Shown here in pieces: positions 32,320 to 34,574 of a stretch of DNA of 34,574 nucleotides; position 1 is the first letter of the stretch; every line of letters begins with the position of its first letter. Source of the stretch: Octopus bimaculoides. Taxonomy: Eukaryota. Both the position numbers and the translations under genes were made by a program. The notes under the pieces are model-generated. The model searched no databases. It saw only the letters and a list, made by a program, of their open reading frames with translations, and was not told the DNA's origin. Location of the stretch: positions 103,544,226-103,578,799 of the forward strand of contig NC_068981.1 in NCBI RefSeq assembly GCF_001194135.2. Reading direction: 5' to 3'.

Positions 32320-32760
32320 CTGTTCCCTCTGGAAGCGAGTGATGGGAGATCCGGTGGTGAAAGCCAAGATGAAAACCCAGAGGTATTGAGTGGAGGGGTC
32401 AGAGGATCGGTAATGTCAAGAGACGTGCGTTGTCTTGGGGTGCTCCAAGAACATGTCAGATAGGCGGCAGCCAGTTTACCCGCAATGGAGTGAATTGTAG
32501 TACATATATGAGGTTGGTATTAGTGCATCGATAAGAATCCCTAATGAGGAAGGTGGGGTGGTTGGGTGTAATGAGGATGGTGGTATTGAAAATAAAGGGC
32601 GGTTATGGAAGTGGGGTCGGAAGCAAAAAATGACCTAGGTGGAGCCAGTTGCATGGAAGGAGGAGCAATGCGGGTACGCTTAAAGAAGAGAATGCGTAGT
32701 AGAGGGAGGGGGGAAAAGGGGTGGTATCGAATAAGTAGATGGATCGGGATTTGATACAGC
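32320..32760 (-). mobile_element. Penelope-like element relic, GIY-YIG endonuclease region
   Basis: FIFNTTILI..TFLIRDSYRCTNTNLIYVLQ (cf. F.CTSSN.IY.I) followed across a frameshift by CG*TGCRLSDMFLEH (cf. YIGETGRRL.DRF.EH). Confidence 0.75.
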
Positions 32761-33135
32761 GTCTCATATCATGGTTATGACAGAAGCAGTGAAAATGGAT
32801 AAACTGAAAGTAGCAGAAAATGTGTCCAAACATGAGCAAATTGTTGCACATTCTCATCGAATAACCAGCCGGCCATTTATATTTCATGTATAAATGTAAC
32901 CACTATGTCAACTAAAAATTAGTTAGGTAAAGTGGCTAAATGTGAAACTCAGAACACTCACATATTAGTCACAAATCTACAATAGCTGTTCACATTATAC
33001 GTTTTCTTTCGCGTGTATCCCATTCGTTTGTGAATATAAACGTACGTACATACAGATACACCCACACATATATACACACACACATAGACATTATATAAAC
33101 AGACATGTATACACACATATACTCACACATACATT

Positions 33136-33172
<37 letters not shown>

Positions 33173-33723
33173 NNNNNNNNNNNNNNNNNNNNNNNNNNNN
33201 NNNNNNNNNNNNNNNNNNNNNNNNNNNNNNNNNNNNNNNNNNNNNNNNNNNNNNNNNNNNNNNNNNNNNNNNNNNNNNNNNNNNNNNNNNNNNNNNNNNN
33301 NNNNNNNNNNNNNNNNNNNNNNNNNNNNNNNNNNNNNNNNNNNNNNNNNNNNNNNNNNNNNNNNNNNNNNNNNNNNNNNNNNNNNNNNNNNNNNNNNNNN
33401 NNNNNNNNNNNNNNNNNNNNNNNNNNNNNNNNNNNNNNNNNNNNNNNNNNNNNNNNNNNNNNNNNNNNNNNNNNNNNNNNNNNNNNNNNNNNNNNNNNNN
33501 NNNNNNNNNNNNNNNNNNNNNNNNNNNNNNNNNNNNNNNNNNNNNNNNNNNNNNNNNNNNNNNNNNNNNNNNNNNNNNNNNNNNNNNNNNNNNNNNNNNN
33601 NNNNNNNNNNNNNNNNNNNNNNNNNNNNNNNNNNNNNNNNNNNNNNNNNNNNNNNNNNNNNNNNNNNNNNNNNNNNNNNNNNNNNNNNNNNNNNNNNNNN
33701 NNNNNNNNNNNNNNNNNNNNNNN
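33173..33723. other. Assembly gap
   Basis: N run flanked by (AT)n. Confidence 0.99.
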
Positions 33724-33767
<44 letters not shown>

Positions 33768-34574
33768 TTCTCCAGCCTTACCATTGCTCTCTTTATCTTT
33801 TTATTTTTATATTTACATATATATATATATACATATACATAAATATTCATGCAAATATATTGTATTATATTACATTATATTATATTACGTATTATATATA
33901 TACCATATAGAAGTAAAAGCCACGTGATTGTCGTTCGCTCACAATTGTTGAACAGAAGCGGATTTCAGAAAATTAGAAAGTATCTATACAATTTTTATAA
34001 TTGAAAATATTGTTAACCTAACGAGAGAAATTAAACTTGCAGTGTGTTGCAATTATTAAGACTCAAGTTAGTTAGTGCACAGGATGCCATTTAAATACTT
34101 ATAACGTCTTCATTAATTTCTCGGTTCATTTACACAGTTAATCTATATTATAATGGAGAAAGCTGCTTATTAATTAGGTATGTAATTAATAACAGTTACT
34201 TAAAGAAAGCTATTATTAAAGGCTTGTCCGTCTGGAAAGTTTATTGTAAATTCATGTTCCAAGAAATTTCCTATAATTTCAATTTCTGAATTTTATTGAA
34301 TTTTTTAACTCCAATTTTTCACAAATTTAAATATTCGATGCATTCACTGCGGAGTATTCCGTTTTAATTTTAATTTTATGTAATGTAAAAATATTATTTG
34401 TTCAATGAAAATTTTTTATATACCGGTATAATTTTTGTAAAAAGAATTAAGAAGTGATTTTTTTTTGTTATGGCTCTTTTCTATGGCCTTACAATAATAA
34501 CTATCCGAACCGATTTTGGCTATTTTTTTTTTTTACTTAAAAACCATGGAAGAAGCCTTTTCGGTATAAAAAAG

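Overview
AT-rich eukaryotic (animal) non-coding DNA from a gapped draft assembly. Seven N-gaps total about 3 kb, and each abuts a simple repeat. The window is dense in di-, tri- and tetranucleotide microsatellites and decayed transposable elements. The SINE families and repeat landscape resemble, from memory, an octopus/cephalopod genome (inference, not verified). No intact protein-coding gene, rRNA, true tRNA or CRISPR array is supportable, and most ORFs in the track are microsatellite, N-gap or antisense shadows. Recognisable by hand translation: four R4/Dong-type (restriction-like endonuclease) LINE fragments, two sitting head-to-head in AAT repeats; a Helitron Pif1-type helicase relic; a non-autonomous Helitron with a canonical hairpin+CTAG end; an L1/Tx1 endonuclease region; a Penelope GIY-YIG fragment; CR1/L2-like and RTE-like RT relics; a Tc1/mariner-type MITE; and three SINE families. 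Two, possibly three, decayed Penelope-type minimal hammerhead ribozyme motifs are present. There is weak evidence for phase-compatible exons of an unidentified minus-strand host gene next to a 20-bp hairpin. I found no convincing wholly new system; the best leads are the hammerheads, the Helitrons, the AAT-targeted R4 cluster and the exon/hairpin candidate.
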